Source: Bigelowiella natans nucleomorph (Eukaryota > Protista > Cercozoa). Taken from it: DNA of 32,000 bases. Below are positions 11,248 through 22,653 of this stretch, in pieces. The DNA lies in assembly GCA_000002455.1 (NCBI GenBank), contig DQ158857.1, positions 102,145 through 134,144 of the forward strand, in the 5' to 3' direction. Each line of letters opens with the position of its first letter. The stretch's first letter is position 1. The notes beneath the pieces are model-generated. The model was not told the origin of the DNA, searched no databases, and saw only the letters and a list, made by a program, of their open reading frames with translations. Both the position numbers and the translations under genes were made by a program.

Positions 11248-12339
11248 ATGATAAATAATTCTTGCCATAAAGCATCTAAAAGAAATATTGGATTAATGGA
11301 ATTACAAGTCTCTTTTTACTTGATAGAAATTAGGTATCTCAGATCTAGATATTCAAAAATTAATTGATAACGGTATTTTTACTATCAATTCATTAGCAAA
11401 AGCTTCTAAGAAAGAATTATATTCTATAAAAGGACTGAATGATCGTAAAGCTGAAAAAATTTTGTCTTTAGGTAAAGATATTGACAAAAGCTAAAAAAAG
11501 GGTTCCTGTAGGATTCTCAACACTAAAAAATTATTTAAAAACAAAGAAACAGCAATTTCACATTTCTACTCTTAATAAAACGATTGATAATTTATTAGAG
11601 GGTAATCTTTAAACATTTAGGCGGTATTGAATCATCATCAGTAACTGAAATTTTCGGCGAGAGTAAAACTGGAAAAACCCAATTTTGCCATATTCTATGC
11701 GTAAGTGCAATGGTATGGATAATTTACATAGGTTGATAACTATTCTTTTGTTCAAACTAAGAAAGTCATTTATATAGACACAGAAGGTAATTTTAGACCA
11801 GAAAGGCTAATCGAAATATCTGAAAAGTACAATTTAATAATTCAAGATTTAAAATAAATTTTGATTTTTTAATAAACAATGTCTTCTATGCTAGAGCCTT
11901 CAATACTGAGCATCAATTTCAATTATTAGTAGCAGCTGCATCCATAACTGCCTTTTCAAATGTGGCTCTAATAATAGTAGATAGTTGTACGGCACTATTG
12001 CGGACAGAATATGTCGGTCGAGGTGAACTGTTTTTACGTCAAACCTTACTTGGAAAATTTCTCAGAAACATACAAAGACTTGGCGAGGAATGCAATATTG
12101 CTATTTTGCTTACAAATCAGGTCGTAACCAGTAATCTCGATGGTATGACGTTTTCGGCTGCCTCAAACCTAAAACCTATTGGAGGACATATAATGGCTCA
12201 TTATACTAATACTAGAATATGGTTAAAGAAACGAACCAGTCAATATAATGTGATGAAAGTAATATCATCATCCAAATTAAGTGAGAAAGAGGTGAAATTT
12301 ATTATCCAAAATACTGGTTTGCGTGTTGTAAGTGAATGA
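11248..12339 (+). CDS. rad51: Rad51 (RecA-family) recombinase, 5 introns
   Basis: Introns 11308-11326, 11472-11490, 11602-11620, 11713-11731, 11827-11846. Motifs [69 protein letters not shown]. Alternative ATG at 11296. Confidence 0.88.
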
Positions 12340-12379
12340 TGATTATTTAACAAATTGATTAAGTACTAAAATTAGAAAT

Positions 12380-12670
12380 ATGTATAAAATTAAATATTAT
12401 ATCAAAAAACAAAAAATGATTAATAGAAAAAACGAAGCTTTATTGAAAAATAGTTCACAAAACGATAATTTAATAATTTCGATTAAAAAGAAAAAAAAAA
12501 CCAAGAATCTTAATTTATATTTTATAAAAAATAATTTTAAAAGAAATTTGAGAAAAAGTATAATAAACAATATTCTTGACAAAGATTTCATGTTATGCAA
12601 AGATTTCAATGATTTTGGTATTTGTTCTTATGGAAACACATGTAAATTCCTGCACTGCTCAGACCGATAA
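12380..12670 (+). CDS. cwc24: Cwc24/RNF113A-like CCCH zinc-finger splicing factor lacking the RING domain
   Basis: CKDFNDFGICSYGNTCKFLH is C-x8-C-x5-C-x3-H, close to Cwc24 [20 protein letters not shown]. The stop comes 4 residues later. Confidence 0.75.
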   Translation: MYKIKYYIKKQKMINRKNEALLKNSSQNDNLIISIKKKKKTKNLNLYFIKNNFKRNLRKSIINNILDKDFMLCKDFNDFGICSYGNTCKFLHCSDR

Positions 12671-12717
12671 AATTTCTAAATTGCTGATTACTGTTATACC
12701 TGTGATTAAAATTATCA

Positions 12718-13027
12718 ATGAAAAATTACATAAAAATTTGGATCGAAGGAGAGAATTACACAATTGGTAATATTTTAGAATTTTATATAAAGAAAAAGTA
12801 AAAATATATAAAAAGTATATTAATTGAAAATGTAAGTTTCGAAATGCTACATCCACTAAAGAATATTCTATGCGCTTCAATTAAAACTAAATGTTAGCAT
12901 TATTCAAAAAGGTGACATCAATATAACTTTAATTCTAATGAAAATATTTAATTCCATTATAAGCGTGATAAGCAATATAGTAAGGGAGTTTTTAGAAAAT
13001 ATTATAACTAATAACAATTATAAGTAG
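12718..13027 (+). CDS. RNA polymerase subunit of the RPB11/AC19 family, 90 aa, 2 introns
   Basis: Introns 12798-12815 (18 nt) and 12893-12911 (19 nt). IEGENYTIGNIL and FEMLHPLKN match the family motifs EDHTLGN and YxxPHPL. RPB11 and AC19 cannot be separated by eye. Confidence 0.75.
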
Positions 13028-13035
13028 GTAATTAA

Positions 13036-16000
13036 ATGAATATTCTCAAAAACAATAGAGTACTACAATTATTAACAACATTCTTTAGAGGTAATAGCAT
13101 AATCAAACAACAAATTATATCCTTTAATGACTTTATTAGAAAAGAAAGTCAACACATAATTGACAAAATACCAAACTTAGTCATTCAAATATCTTATAAA
13201 AACTCGAATAAAATTGTGAATAGAATTCTCTTATTAAAACAACTTTATACGGAAAAACCAAGGATAATAAAAACCAGAGAACTATACAATTTAGTTGAAC
13301 CATCTTACGATGAAGGAGAATTAAATATTTCACCTAATAAGTCACGTTTAAGGAATATAACGTAACCCTTTCTTTTATAGTTATTCATCTAAAGTCAGAA
13401 TACAAGTATTCGATGAAATAACTGATAAGCATGATGCAAATTTGAAAAAAAAGGTCGTTAATAAGTCTAAAAAATTTATTTATATCGGAAAAGTTCTAAT
13501 AAATTGTTTAGTTTCCATGTATGATAAAATCAGATACTTGCTATCTTAATAATTTTTCAGAAATTAGTCTAGCTAGAAATGACGAATGCCCTTTTGACGA
13601 AGGTGGATATTTCATAATAAATGGAAATGAAAAAGTACTGGTTGCTCAAGAAAGGTTAGTAAAAAACAAAGTTTATATTTTTTCTAAAATATTTGATAAA
13701 AAGACCCGTGTAATGGCCCAATGTAGGTAACATTCTTTTTCAAAGATCATATGATTCAAGTCTTTATAATCAAGGTTATATGGTTTATCTGAAATTAGTA
13801 ACAGATAAGTCCAATAATCCAAATCAATGCTCTGAAATTACTGTAAAAATAGCTAGCTTAAGAGCAGAGATTCCTTTAGTGATCTTATTAAAATTTCTAG
13901 GCTTTAAAGTATCTTTAATCTTAATAGAATGATAAGGAAATTATTAATTCAATTTTTAAAAATAATTCTAATTCTAAAAAATTAAACATGCTGTATAACT
14001 CTTTCTTAGGAGTTACAAAGGTACAAACGATTAGTCACGCTTTAAGGTATATCGTTGATAGATCTTTTTCTAAAAGTAATAATAAAAAGCTTGACCCAGA
14101 AAAAACAGCCAGGTAGATATATTGCTCATAGGGAAATAATAGATAAAAAACTATTGCCTCATATGGGTACGTCAATAAATAGTCGGTTTAGAAAAGGACT
14201 TTTTATTTGTTACATGGCACATAGACTAATAAACACATTAAACGAAATTGAACAACCCGATGATAAAGATAGTTACAAAAATAAAAGAGTTGATATTTCT
14301 GGTCACTTATTTTCATCTCTATTTAATAATTTAATCAAACGATCTATTAAAGTTTCCCTTTTTCTAATAGGATGTAAAGAATCAATTATTGAAAAAGGTA
14401 AAAAAATCAGACGCGACTGAGTTAGAAGAGTTATTTTCTTCAAATATCCTAACGAATGGTTTTCGCTACTCTTTAGCTACAGGAAATTGGATTATTGATG
14501 GAATGCTTGATTATAAAACAGGTGTTTCACAAGTATTGAATAGGATGTCGTATTTATCCATGATTTCCCACTTGAGTAGACTGAATTCATCTTATACAAG
14601 CAACGGAAAGATACTAGATATAAGAAGAGTCCACACAAGTTACTGGGGTATTGTATGCCCTGTAGAAACCCCAGAAGGACAGACTTGTGGAATAGTAAAA
14701 AATTTTGCTTTTCTAGCACACGTAACAAATTCTCATCATATTCAAAAAAATATAATTCAATTTCTTAAGAAAATAATGATAAAAAACTCTTTTACTAAGC
14801 CGATGATTAAAACTAAAAAAGATAAACCTGATATTAGTATTTTTGTAAATGGTTCTTGGATAGGTAATACTTTCGAATACTTTTCATTAATGAAATACCT
14901 AATCACTCTACGTCGGCAAGAAATTATTCCATTCGATGTAAGTATAGTTTTTAATGAAAAAAATAAAAGAATTTTTATATGGAGCGATCCAGGAAGAATA
15001 AAAAGACCTCTATTTGTTTTGAAGAATTCTAATTCTTTTTTTAACCACTCTATTGAAAAAATAGCAAAAAAGATAAAAGATAATTTCCACAGATGGTACT
15101 TTTATATAAAGAATTCTATTGTGGAATATCTCGATACCGAAGAAATAGAAAATATTGTTATAAAGCTTAATTATTATAATAATACCGAGTTAATCGTTGA
15201 TCAAACCCAAATTTATAAAAAAATGATAAATTTTTCCGAAATTCATGCATCTTCTATCCTTGGAGTCAGTGCTTCACAGGTTCCTTTTTCTCAACACAAC
15301 CAATCACCCAGAAATACGTATCAGAGCTCTATGGGTAAGCAAGCAATAGGAATAAATTATAGTAACTTTCAATTGAGGTATGATACACAAATCAACATCT
15401 TAGAATCTAATCAAAGACCATTAGTTTTTACGATACAAAAATTATGTCTACGAGGACAAGAAATGCCCTCGGGTATCAACACTATAATGGCTATATTAAG
15501 TTATTCTGGTTTTAATCAAGAAGATTCTTTAATAATTAATCATTCAAGCGTTGAAAGAGGGTTGTTTCGTACAATTATTTATAAGACTTTTGCAGAAAGA
15601 GAGAACACAAACGTGAATGGCATTATTGAAAAAATAGAGTTAGGTATTTAATTTATTAAATAGAATCAAAGTCTTCTAACTTATTTGGACTTGACATAGA
15701 CGGAACTAGAAAAATAGAAACATTAGTAAACGGAGATGATGTTCTCATTTCAAAAACAATTAAACTTACCGGTAAAGGTGATACAAAAGTTAATACCATT
15801 CATAGCGACTTGAAATTACCATTGAACAGTCAAGGAGTAGTTGACTCCATAATGTATAGTCTTGATGAGGGTGGTTATAAAATCATAAAAGTTAGAGTAA
15901 TTCAATTTTTTATAGATTAGATCCATTAGAGAACCTGTCATTGGTGATAAATTTTCTAGTTTACATGGTCAAAAAGGGATTATCGGGTATTCCTATCGTC

Positions 16001-16688
16001 AAAGTTTACTTCCAACGACTGCTACGTCAGTAACCCCTGATTTAATAATGAATCCACATGCTATACCCTCGAGAATGACTATAGGTCATATGATAGAAAT
16101 GCTTATGTCGAAGGTATCCTCCCATAGTGGTAAATTAGGAGATGCTACTGCGTTTAGTGAGGGCAATATTGGTAAAATTATAGGGCATTTAAGCAAGTAT
16201 TTAGATTATTAAAAAGGTTTGGTATTCATCATTTTGGATTAGAAAAAATGATAAGTGGATTTAATGGAGACATTCTCCAAAAATCAATCCTAGTCGGTCC
16301 TATTTATTATCAAAGACTAAAACATATGGTAGTCGATAAGTTTTTCAGTAGATCTAGAGGACCATACGAAATATTAACCAGACAACCAGTAGAGGGTAAA
16401 ACCCGAGAGGGCGGTTTACGATTCGGTGAGATGGAAAGAGATTGCGTTTTAAGTCACGGATCATCTTTGTTTTTAAAAGAAAGACTAATGGACGAATCAG
16501 ATAAATTTCGAGTACATATATGTGAAAAAAGTGGCCTATTCTGTCCAGCTAATTTAAAAACCCAAACCTTTTGGAGTACCATTTATCACAGCAAATCTAT
16601 TTGTCAAATTTTTATTCCATATGCTTGTAAGCTTTTGTTTCAGGAATTAATAGCTATGTGCATAGCACCACGACTGGTTGTTAAATAA
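13036..16688 (+). CDS. rpb2: RNA polymerase II second-largest subunit, multi-intron
   Basis: ECPFDEGGYFIINGNEKVLVAQER, GVSQVLNR, CPVETPEGQTCGIVKN, HNQSPRNTYQSSMGKQA, GDKFSSLHGQKG, NPHAIPSRMTIG, GGLRFGEMERD and PYACKLLFQELIAM. Exons are separated by ~18-21 nt GT-AG introns. Confidence 0.95.
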
Positions 16689-16734
16689 TTAATCTAATAA
16701 GGTTATAACAATTGAAAATATTTGACCTAAATTA

Positions 16735-18121
16735 ATGTTCAAGTCTCTAAGAAGCGGTATTTGGAAAAACACAGAAGTAAGAAAATCATCTATAGGACCA
16801 AATTTTAAAAGCAGCTGTAATGAAATACGGTCTAAATCAATGGGATAGAATATCTTCGCTATTAATTAATAAAACCGCCAAACAATGTAAAAGTAGATGG
16901 TTTTTTTACTTAAATCCCAAGATAAATCGAAAAGGTTGGACATTTGACGAAGACGAAAGGTTAATATATCTTGCGTTTATTTTGCCATCGCAGTGGAATA
17001 CTATTGCACCTTTGATTGGTAGAACAACAGATCAGTGCTTCGATAGATTCCAAAAACTAATGTAAGAAAAAAATTATAGTAATATCAAAACAAATAACAC
17101 TGTTACAAAGTCCATTAATTTAGACCCAAGAGAATCAATTTTAAAAGATTTTAATACTAACCTAGAAACCAAGATTGCCGTCAAGGACAACATAATCAAT
17201 GATTACGAAATGCAAAATATATTAGTCGAAGCTAGAGCTCGTTTAGCTAATACTAAAGGTACACTTTTAAGTCCTAGGAAAGAAGGCTATCAGAAAAGCC
17301 AAAAGTCTAAACAATTATTTTTCAAACTTCATCCAAGCAGAAAAAGTATCTTCAAGTTTACTAAGTGTAAAAGCTTCTGATACTAGAAGTAAAACCTTAT
17401 TTACTTACTATGATAATTTACCCAACAAAAATCAAAAAATTAATTTACGGATAAAGTTCGCATTAATAAAATAAGGCAATTGATAAAAGCAACTTACAAA
17501 TCAAGACCAAGAAATACTCGAAATATTAAAAAACTTAACAAAAATAGTAATTTAATAAATATATTGATGTCCATTGATTCTAGTAATATTACTAATCTCT
17601 CAACTAATAAACTAAGATGCTTTTCAAATATTAATAGGAAATCAAATCTTCAACTTCACGCATTACCATCAACTAAATTTGTAAACATTACTTCTTCAAA
17701 ATACCGTCAATTCACAATGAACGGAAACATCAGTTTGTTTCAAAGAAAAAAAAGTTTACTGGTAAAAAAACCTTTCCCGATTAACAAAGTAGTACAAAAG
17801 AGTTTAAAAAACATGGATTTTTCACTCAGAATTCGAAAAAATAATATTATTTTACGAAAATTAGAAAAATTTCCTTTTTTTATAAGGTTGCAAAATTATT
17901 TTAATAAAACCTATCATTGCAACAAATATTATGATAAAATATCTATTCAAAGACAGGAAGCTCTTCATCAGAACGTTAACCAAACAGTTACTCGGTTAAT
18001 AAATGCTTTTTCTCATGATGAGGTATCTAGTAATAACCAAACTACATACTCAATATCATTAAATAAAGAACTACATCGAAGGAACTTGAAATCGCTTAAC
18101 ACGTTAAATAAAAAAAAATAG
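16735..18121 (+). CDS. cdc5: Myb-domain splicing factor Cdc5/Cef1
   Basis: GIWKNTE|DQILKAAVMKYGLNQWDRISSLL (intron 16777-16795), KTAKQCKSRW, PSQWNTIAPLIGRT, NLETK, EARARLANTKG|KKAIRK. The C-terminal half is divergent. Confidence 0.9.
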
Positions 18122-18479
18122 GGAACTTTTTACAATTGTAATTGTAAGAAATTTATTTTCCACTTTATTATTTAGCATCTTACGAATAAAAAATAATATA
18201 GAACATAAGACTTTTCACTCTTTTTACGAAGTTTTTTATCCATTTTTAAAAAACCAAATAACTTTTAAAATTCAAAGGTTCGTTAAATTACTTTTCTTAT
18301 TTAATACTGTTTCCAGACTATCAAATTTAGAAATACACAAAATTAATAAATTTAGCAAGTATTTTAATCAATATTATATAAATTATATTGAAAATAAAAA
18401 TTATGATTTGTATAAATCATAATTGTTCTTCCTTTGCTCTTAATTAAAATAACTTAATCAATTTATGATAAAGAAACAA

Positions 18480-18810
18480 TTAATCAATTCTTAGAGATTT
18501 GTTTTCCGTTTTTAAAAATTTTATCAAAAGTCTTTTATAAAATAACCTTACTTTTGTTTAACTATTTTATGATGTATTTCCTTACCATAGATCCTAGATA
18601 ATCGGGGTTTCTTATTACTCGTCTATAAATGAAAAATAAACCGGTATGTCTTTATTCGTATATTTGCACTTGTTAGAGGTTCTTAGCTTTTTTATATATT
18701 TTGCTACATACTTTCCACCTAAAACTGATCAAAATACTTGGACTCTTTTTTATAATAAATTTATTACTATTCGTTTTGTACGTTTTTCTTTTTTTTAAAG
18801 TTATTCTCAT
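18480..18810 (-). CDS. rpl34: 60S ribosomal protein L34 (eL34), 90 aa, 3 introns
   Basis: Introns 18719-18737, 18623-18641, 18532-18551. MRITLKKRKTYKTNSNK...KSPSGKYVAKYIKK...LSRIYG resembles eL34 RLTYRRRLSYNTASNK...TPG...VSRAYG. Absent from the ORF track. Confidence 0.8.
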
Positions 18811-18855
18811 TAAATCAAAAGTAGTTTAAAAGTTACCATATCCGTTTAGTATATA

Positions 18856-19484
18856 ATGGAAGAAACCATCAACTTAATCAAAACAAATACTAAAACCATG
18901 AAAGGCGGAGCCTTCCCAGAATGCCACTTAATTCAAAACTTATTTATCAAATTCTTTGTGTTAAATAATAGAACTCATTCCCACATAGTATCTCGAAGTT
19001 TTAACTTAAAAAATAGATAAAAGTATCGAGTATAAAATAAAACAGTTATACAATAATAGACTTTTACTAAAGGAAACCAAAATTATGATTAATAAAAATT
19101 TAGCAAATAATTTTGGTAATCTTCACATGGATAAAAAATTCCAAAAGTATATAAAATTTACTCATTGTGTATAAAAATTATTAACAGGGATCTACTCGCA
19201 TCATCAAGTTAATCTCAAAGCAAAAAGATGTTTTACATTATTTTCAAAAAGATAAAATAAAAAAACACTTATTGTATTCAATGTCACAACAAACCAACCA
19301 GAAGAATAAAGTAGAGAATAAAAAAAAATCATTGGCTATTCCCAAGGCCATATCAAATTGGAAAAACCCAAGAGGTTTTAGTATTCCATTACATCATCGA
19401 AACAATGCATTGAACGAAGTAAAAATAAATTTAAACCAAAAATTCATATATCTTTCCAACGTTATTGATTTATTAGATAAATAA
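18856..19484 (+). CDS. prp45: Prp45/SNW1 (SKIP) splicing factor, shortened (~196 aa), 2 introns
   Basis: GGAFPECHLIQ, YIKFT...RIIKLISKQKD and IPKAISNWKNPRGFSIPL are SNW1 signatures. Confidence 0.88.
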
Positions 19485-19494
19485 TAAATGATTA

Positions 19495-19626
19495 GCAAGG
19501 CCGAATTCCTTAATTGGTAAAGCCTTAGTAAAAATTGAGACGAGATTCTTTGAATCTCATAGCAACGGTTAAGTTGCTAAGAACAGATACTACACTTGAT
19601 CTTAGCCAAAAGGCCGAGATAGGTAG
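19495..19626 (-). ncRNA. U2: U2 spliceosomal snRNA, shortened
   Basis: The minus strand reads TCTCGGCCTTTTGGCTAAGATCAAGTGTAGTATCTGTTCTT (conserved U2 5' half with the branch-recognition GTAGTA). Then stem IIa TAGCAAC/GTTGCTA, stem IIb GAGATTC/GAATCTC, Sm-like AATTTTTA and one 3' stem. Ends are approximate. Confidence 0.95.
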
Positions 19627-19712
19627 TTAAGACTCGATTTTTTTTATATAACTATATATTTTAAATTTTTAATATTTAGTTAATTATTGATACTTTATAC
19701 TTACTTCTATTC

Positions 19713-20049
19713 ATGTCTATGAAAGACAAGAAAAATATATCGTTAAAAAGTAACAAAGATAAAAGAAGAAAAGGTTCTTCTACAGTAATTAGATAGATTC
19801 AACAAGTCTTCTTTTAAAAATACTTTAAATATTCCACTATTTTTACGATCTATGAAACAAACAGCTAAGTATTCTAAAACCTACAAATCATCCCACTCTT
19901 TTCCATCTTGTTTTTTTCAAATTGCTAAAAAGAAATTTAATGGAGTAAAAATTATAAAAAACTTACTTTCATTCAAAGTTAACTATAATCGCAAAAATAG
20001 AAACAAGAACTCTTTAAATAAAAAAGTAATAGTCTGTTATAAAGATTAA
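19713..20049 (+). CDS. Basic 105-aa protein, possibly Fcf2-like rRNA processing factor, 1 intron
   Basis: The 19-nt intron 19774-19792 joins ATG 19713 to ORF 19852. FPSCFFQIA and NRKNRNKNSL weakly recall Fcf2 FPKYFQVG and TKKERKxTL. Confidence 0.5.
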
Positions 20050-20079
20050 TTTTAAATATTTTAGCACTTATTTAAGTTC

Positions 20080-20523
20080 TTAAAATATAAAATCAGAACT
20101 AATATTGAAATCATAAAAAATTATTTCATTATAAAAAGACTGCAATTCAACGTTCAAAAAATTAGTTGTGATAATTTCTAGATTCTCCTCATGTGGCCAT
20201 GTTTGACGATTATAGAAATTATGATCATAAAAAGTTGAAGAAAATAGCAGTGTCTCATTTCTTTCTTGTAAAATATTTTGTTTAACAAATTCCTCATTAA
20301 ATTGCTTAATTTTGTTTTTTTTACTAATAATATATTTTGTAAGAAACAGTTCCTCAGGTAGCTTACATTTCTTTGTTTTTAAATAAAGTTTTATAAATTT
20401 ATGTTTATCGTTATTTAAATTATAGCTGCTATTTTCCAGCTTTTTAAAAAAGAATGTTGTATTTTTTTTTTGAATTGGTGAGGCAAGATTTGGATTCTTA
20501 GGGCATTGTTTTATTTTTAACAT
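20080..20523 (-). CDS. Hypothetical protein, 147 aa
   Basis: Uninterrupted ATG-TAA ORF that fills the gap between its neighbours; no confident motif. Confidence 0.6.
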   Translation of the reverse strand: MLKIKQCPKNPNLASPIQKKNTTFFFKKLENSSYNLNNDKHKFIKLYLKTKKCKLPEELFLTKYIISKKNKIKQFNEEFVKQNILQERNETLLFSSTFYDHNFYNRQTWPHEENLEIITTNFLNVELQSFYNEIIFYDFNISSDFIF

Positions 20524-20576
20524 TAATTTTCTACTAAATTATAATTAGTTTATAGTAATATCTTTTGCCATCTTTC

Positions 20577-21857
20577 ATGGAAATTTTCATAGATCTGCTG
20601 TCGGGAATAGCAGTTTTTAAAGTAAAGAAATCAAAAGGACAAGTTTAACAAAAAACATTAGATTAAGATTCTTTGTAAAAAACTTGTTCTATTCAAAAAT
20701 ATGAGATCTAAAATCAAATACAATATTTTATCACGAATTTCTCAAAAAGATTTGTTAAAAAAATACGATAACTTTCTTTATCCGTATTCACGTTCTCATA
20801 AAAATATAATAATTACATTATGTCATTTCATATCGTCTTTAAAAATACAATTTTTTAAAGATTCTAACTTCAACTTGTTATGTATATAATTTTAGATTAC
20901 AAATACTAATAGTTTATCGTTTTATTAAAAAAAATATCACTTCCCTATTCAGGTTCTTTTTTCAGTCACAGCTCTCATATTGTAAAAATTGGCTTTTATA
21001 ATTATTTCCACAACAACAGTAACTATTCTAATTATATCTATTCTCCATTTAAAGTAGCAAACAACCAACTTAGGTGAATTCCACAATAGTAAATTCATTA
21101 TCTATTTATACTTCTTTGTCAAATTGCATACAAATGGTAAAAACCAAGGTAAAATCGATATTTACTTTATTAAACAAAAATACTTCTTTAGAAAAATATA
21201 AAAAAAATTTACTTATAGTTTGTGAAATCATTATAGATACTTTTCTTAAAAAGAAATTCAAGATTTTATAAGGAATATCTTAGGAATTTCGTAAATAACA
21301 CTATTGATAAGAATAATATATTATTTCATAATGCAAAAACAGCTGAAAATTCATCCATCTTAAATTGGATAAGAATTTTATCAAAAGTTATAAAATTTTA
21401 TTTAGTATAAAAAATTGACAAAAATTCATGCAATAATTAACAATATAATAAATAAACAATTAAAAAATATTGCACCTAATGTAATAATTTTAATCGGAAT
21501 GAAAAACACATCGATATTGCTCAAAAAAACTGGAAGTCTATACCAACTCTCTAAATTATACTCTTCGACCATCCAAAATATGTGTAAAAATTTTACACAA
21601 ACTTTAACGTATTATAGACAAAATTTAAAGTAACACTATCTTTATGAGTAATGGCTTTGAATCCAACAAATCATCTAGAGAAATAAATAAAATCTTGAGA
21701 ACACTCGCTTGTAAATTACTAATAAGTGCCAGATTAGATAATTTTCAGATCAAAGCTGATTTTTCTTTTAGCATTATTAGCAGGGGAATAGTTAAAAACT
21801 AAAAAATAGATTGAAGCAAAAATAGAAGATTTAGAAAGAAAGAAAAATCATTTATAA
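20577..21857 (+). CDS. Box C/D snoRNP protein Nop58/Nop56 (Nop domain), multi-intron
   Basis: N-terminal MEIFIDLLSGIAVFKV. Nop domain IAPNVIILIG...GSLYQLSKLYSSTIQ and RTLACKLLISARLD. After intron 21791-21809 comes IEAKIEDLE, which is more Nop58-like. Prp31 is less likely given the N-terminus. Confidence 0.75.
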
Positions 21858-21916
21858 TTGATAAAATAATACTACATTTAAAGTTATTTTATTAAAGCAT
21901 TGCTTTTTGTTTTATT

Positions 21917-22653
21917 TTAATATAGGGCTGTAGGTATAGGAATACTTGCACCTCTTTTTGTTTCTTCAATATGTTTTTGATGCTCTTTTTCATCTACTTT
22001 ATAATCAGGGGGTATTAATGATGGCGCAGCGATAAAATCAACATCATTATTTCTAAGGTATAAATTCTTAACTTCAACAATCTTCTCATTAAATACAAAA
22101 AAGGTTTTTCATAATTATAATTTTTCCTTGCCGAAATTTCCATGTATTGAGAACCATATTTTCTAATAATTATAAATTAACCTTCTAAACTGCATCACTC
22201 TTTCTTCTTCATCTTTTTTATCTAATAAATCATATTTATTTCCTACAATAGCTATAGGTATGTTAAAACAAATTCTATTATATTAATAAAACCTTGAGAC
22301 ATCTCTATACCACACTGGTATATTTTTATAGGTAGAACGAAAGCTTAAATCGAACATTACTATTGCACAATCTGAGCCAACATAATAACCATCTCTCAAA
22401 CCTCCAAACTTCTCTTGACCAGCGGTGTCCCAACAACCAAAAACAACTTTGCCTTTATTGGTTGTAAAGTCTAGAAAATACACAGCACAACCTACAGTAG
22501 CTATTAAATTTATTAAAACGCTTATATTTTAAGGTATATTCTCCTGTTTTATGCCTTTTAACAAAAGTTGTTTTTCCTTTTTATTAAAATTTTACCTGAA
22601 CCTCCATCTCCTACTAAAATTAGTTTAAAAGAGAATTCTTTATTGCTATTCAT
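21917..22653 (-). CDS. ran: Ran GTPase, about 5 introns
   Basis: [12 protein letters not shown]|[30 protein letters not shown] and [15 protein letters not shown]. Introns include 22577-22595 and 22501-22519. Confidence 0.95.

Noticed and set aside
3843-22653. Apparent frameshifts and stops suggesting pseudogenes or an alternative genetic code
   Set aside because: Every break I examined is resolved by an 18-21 nt GT-AG intron under the standard code.
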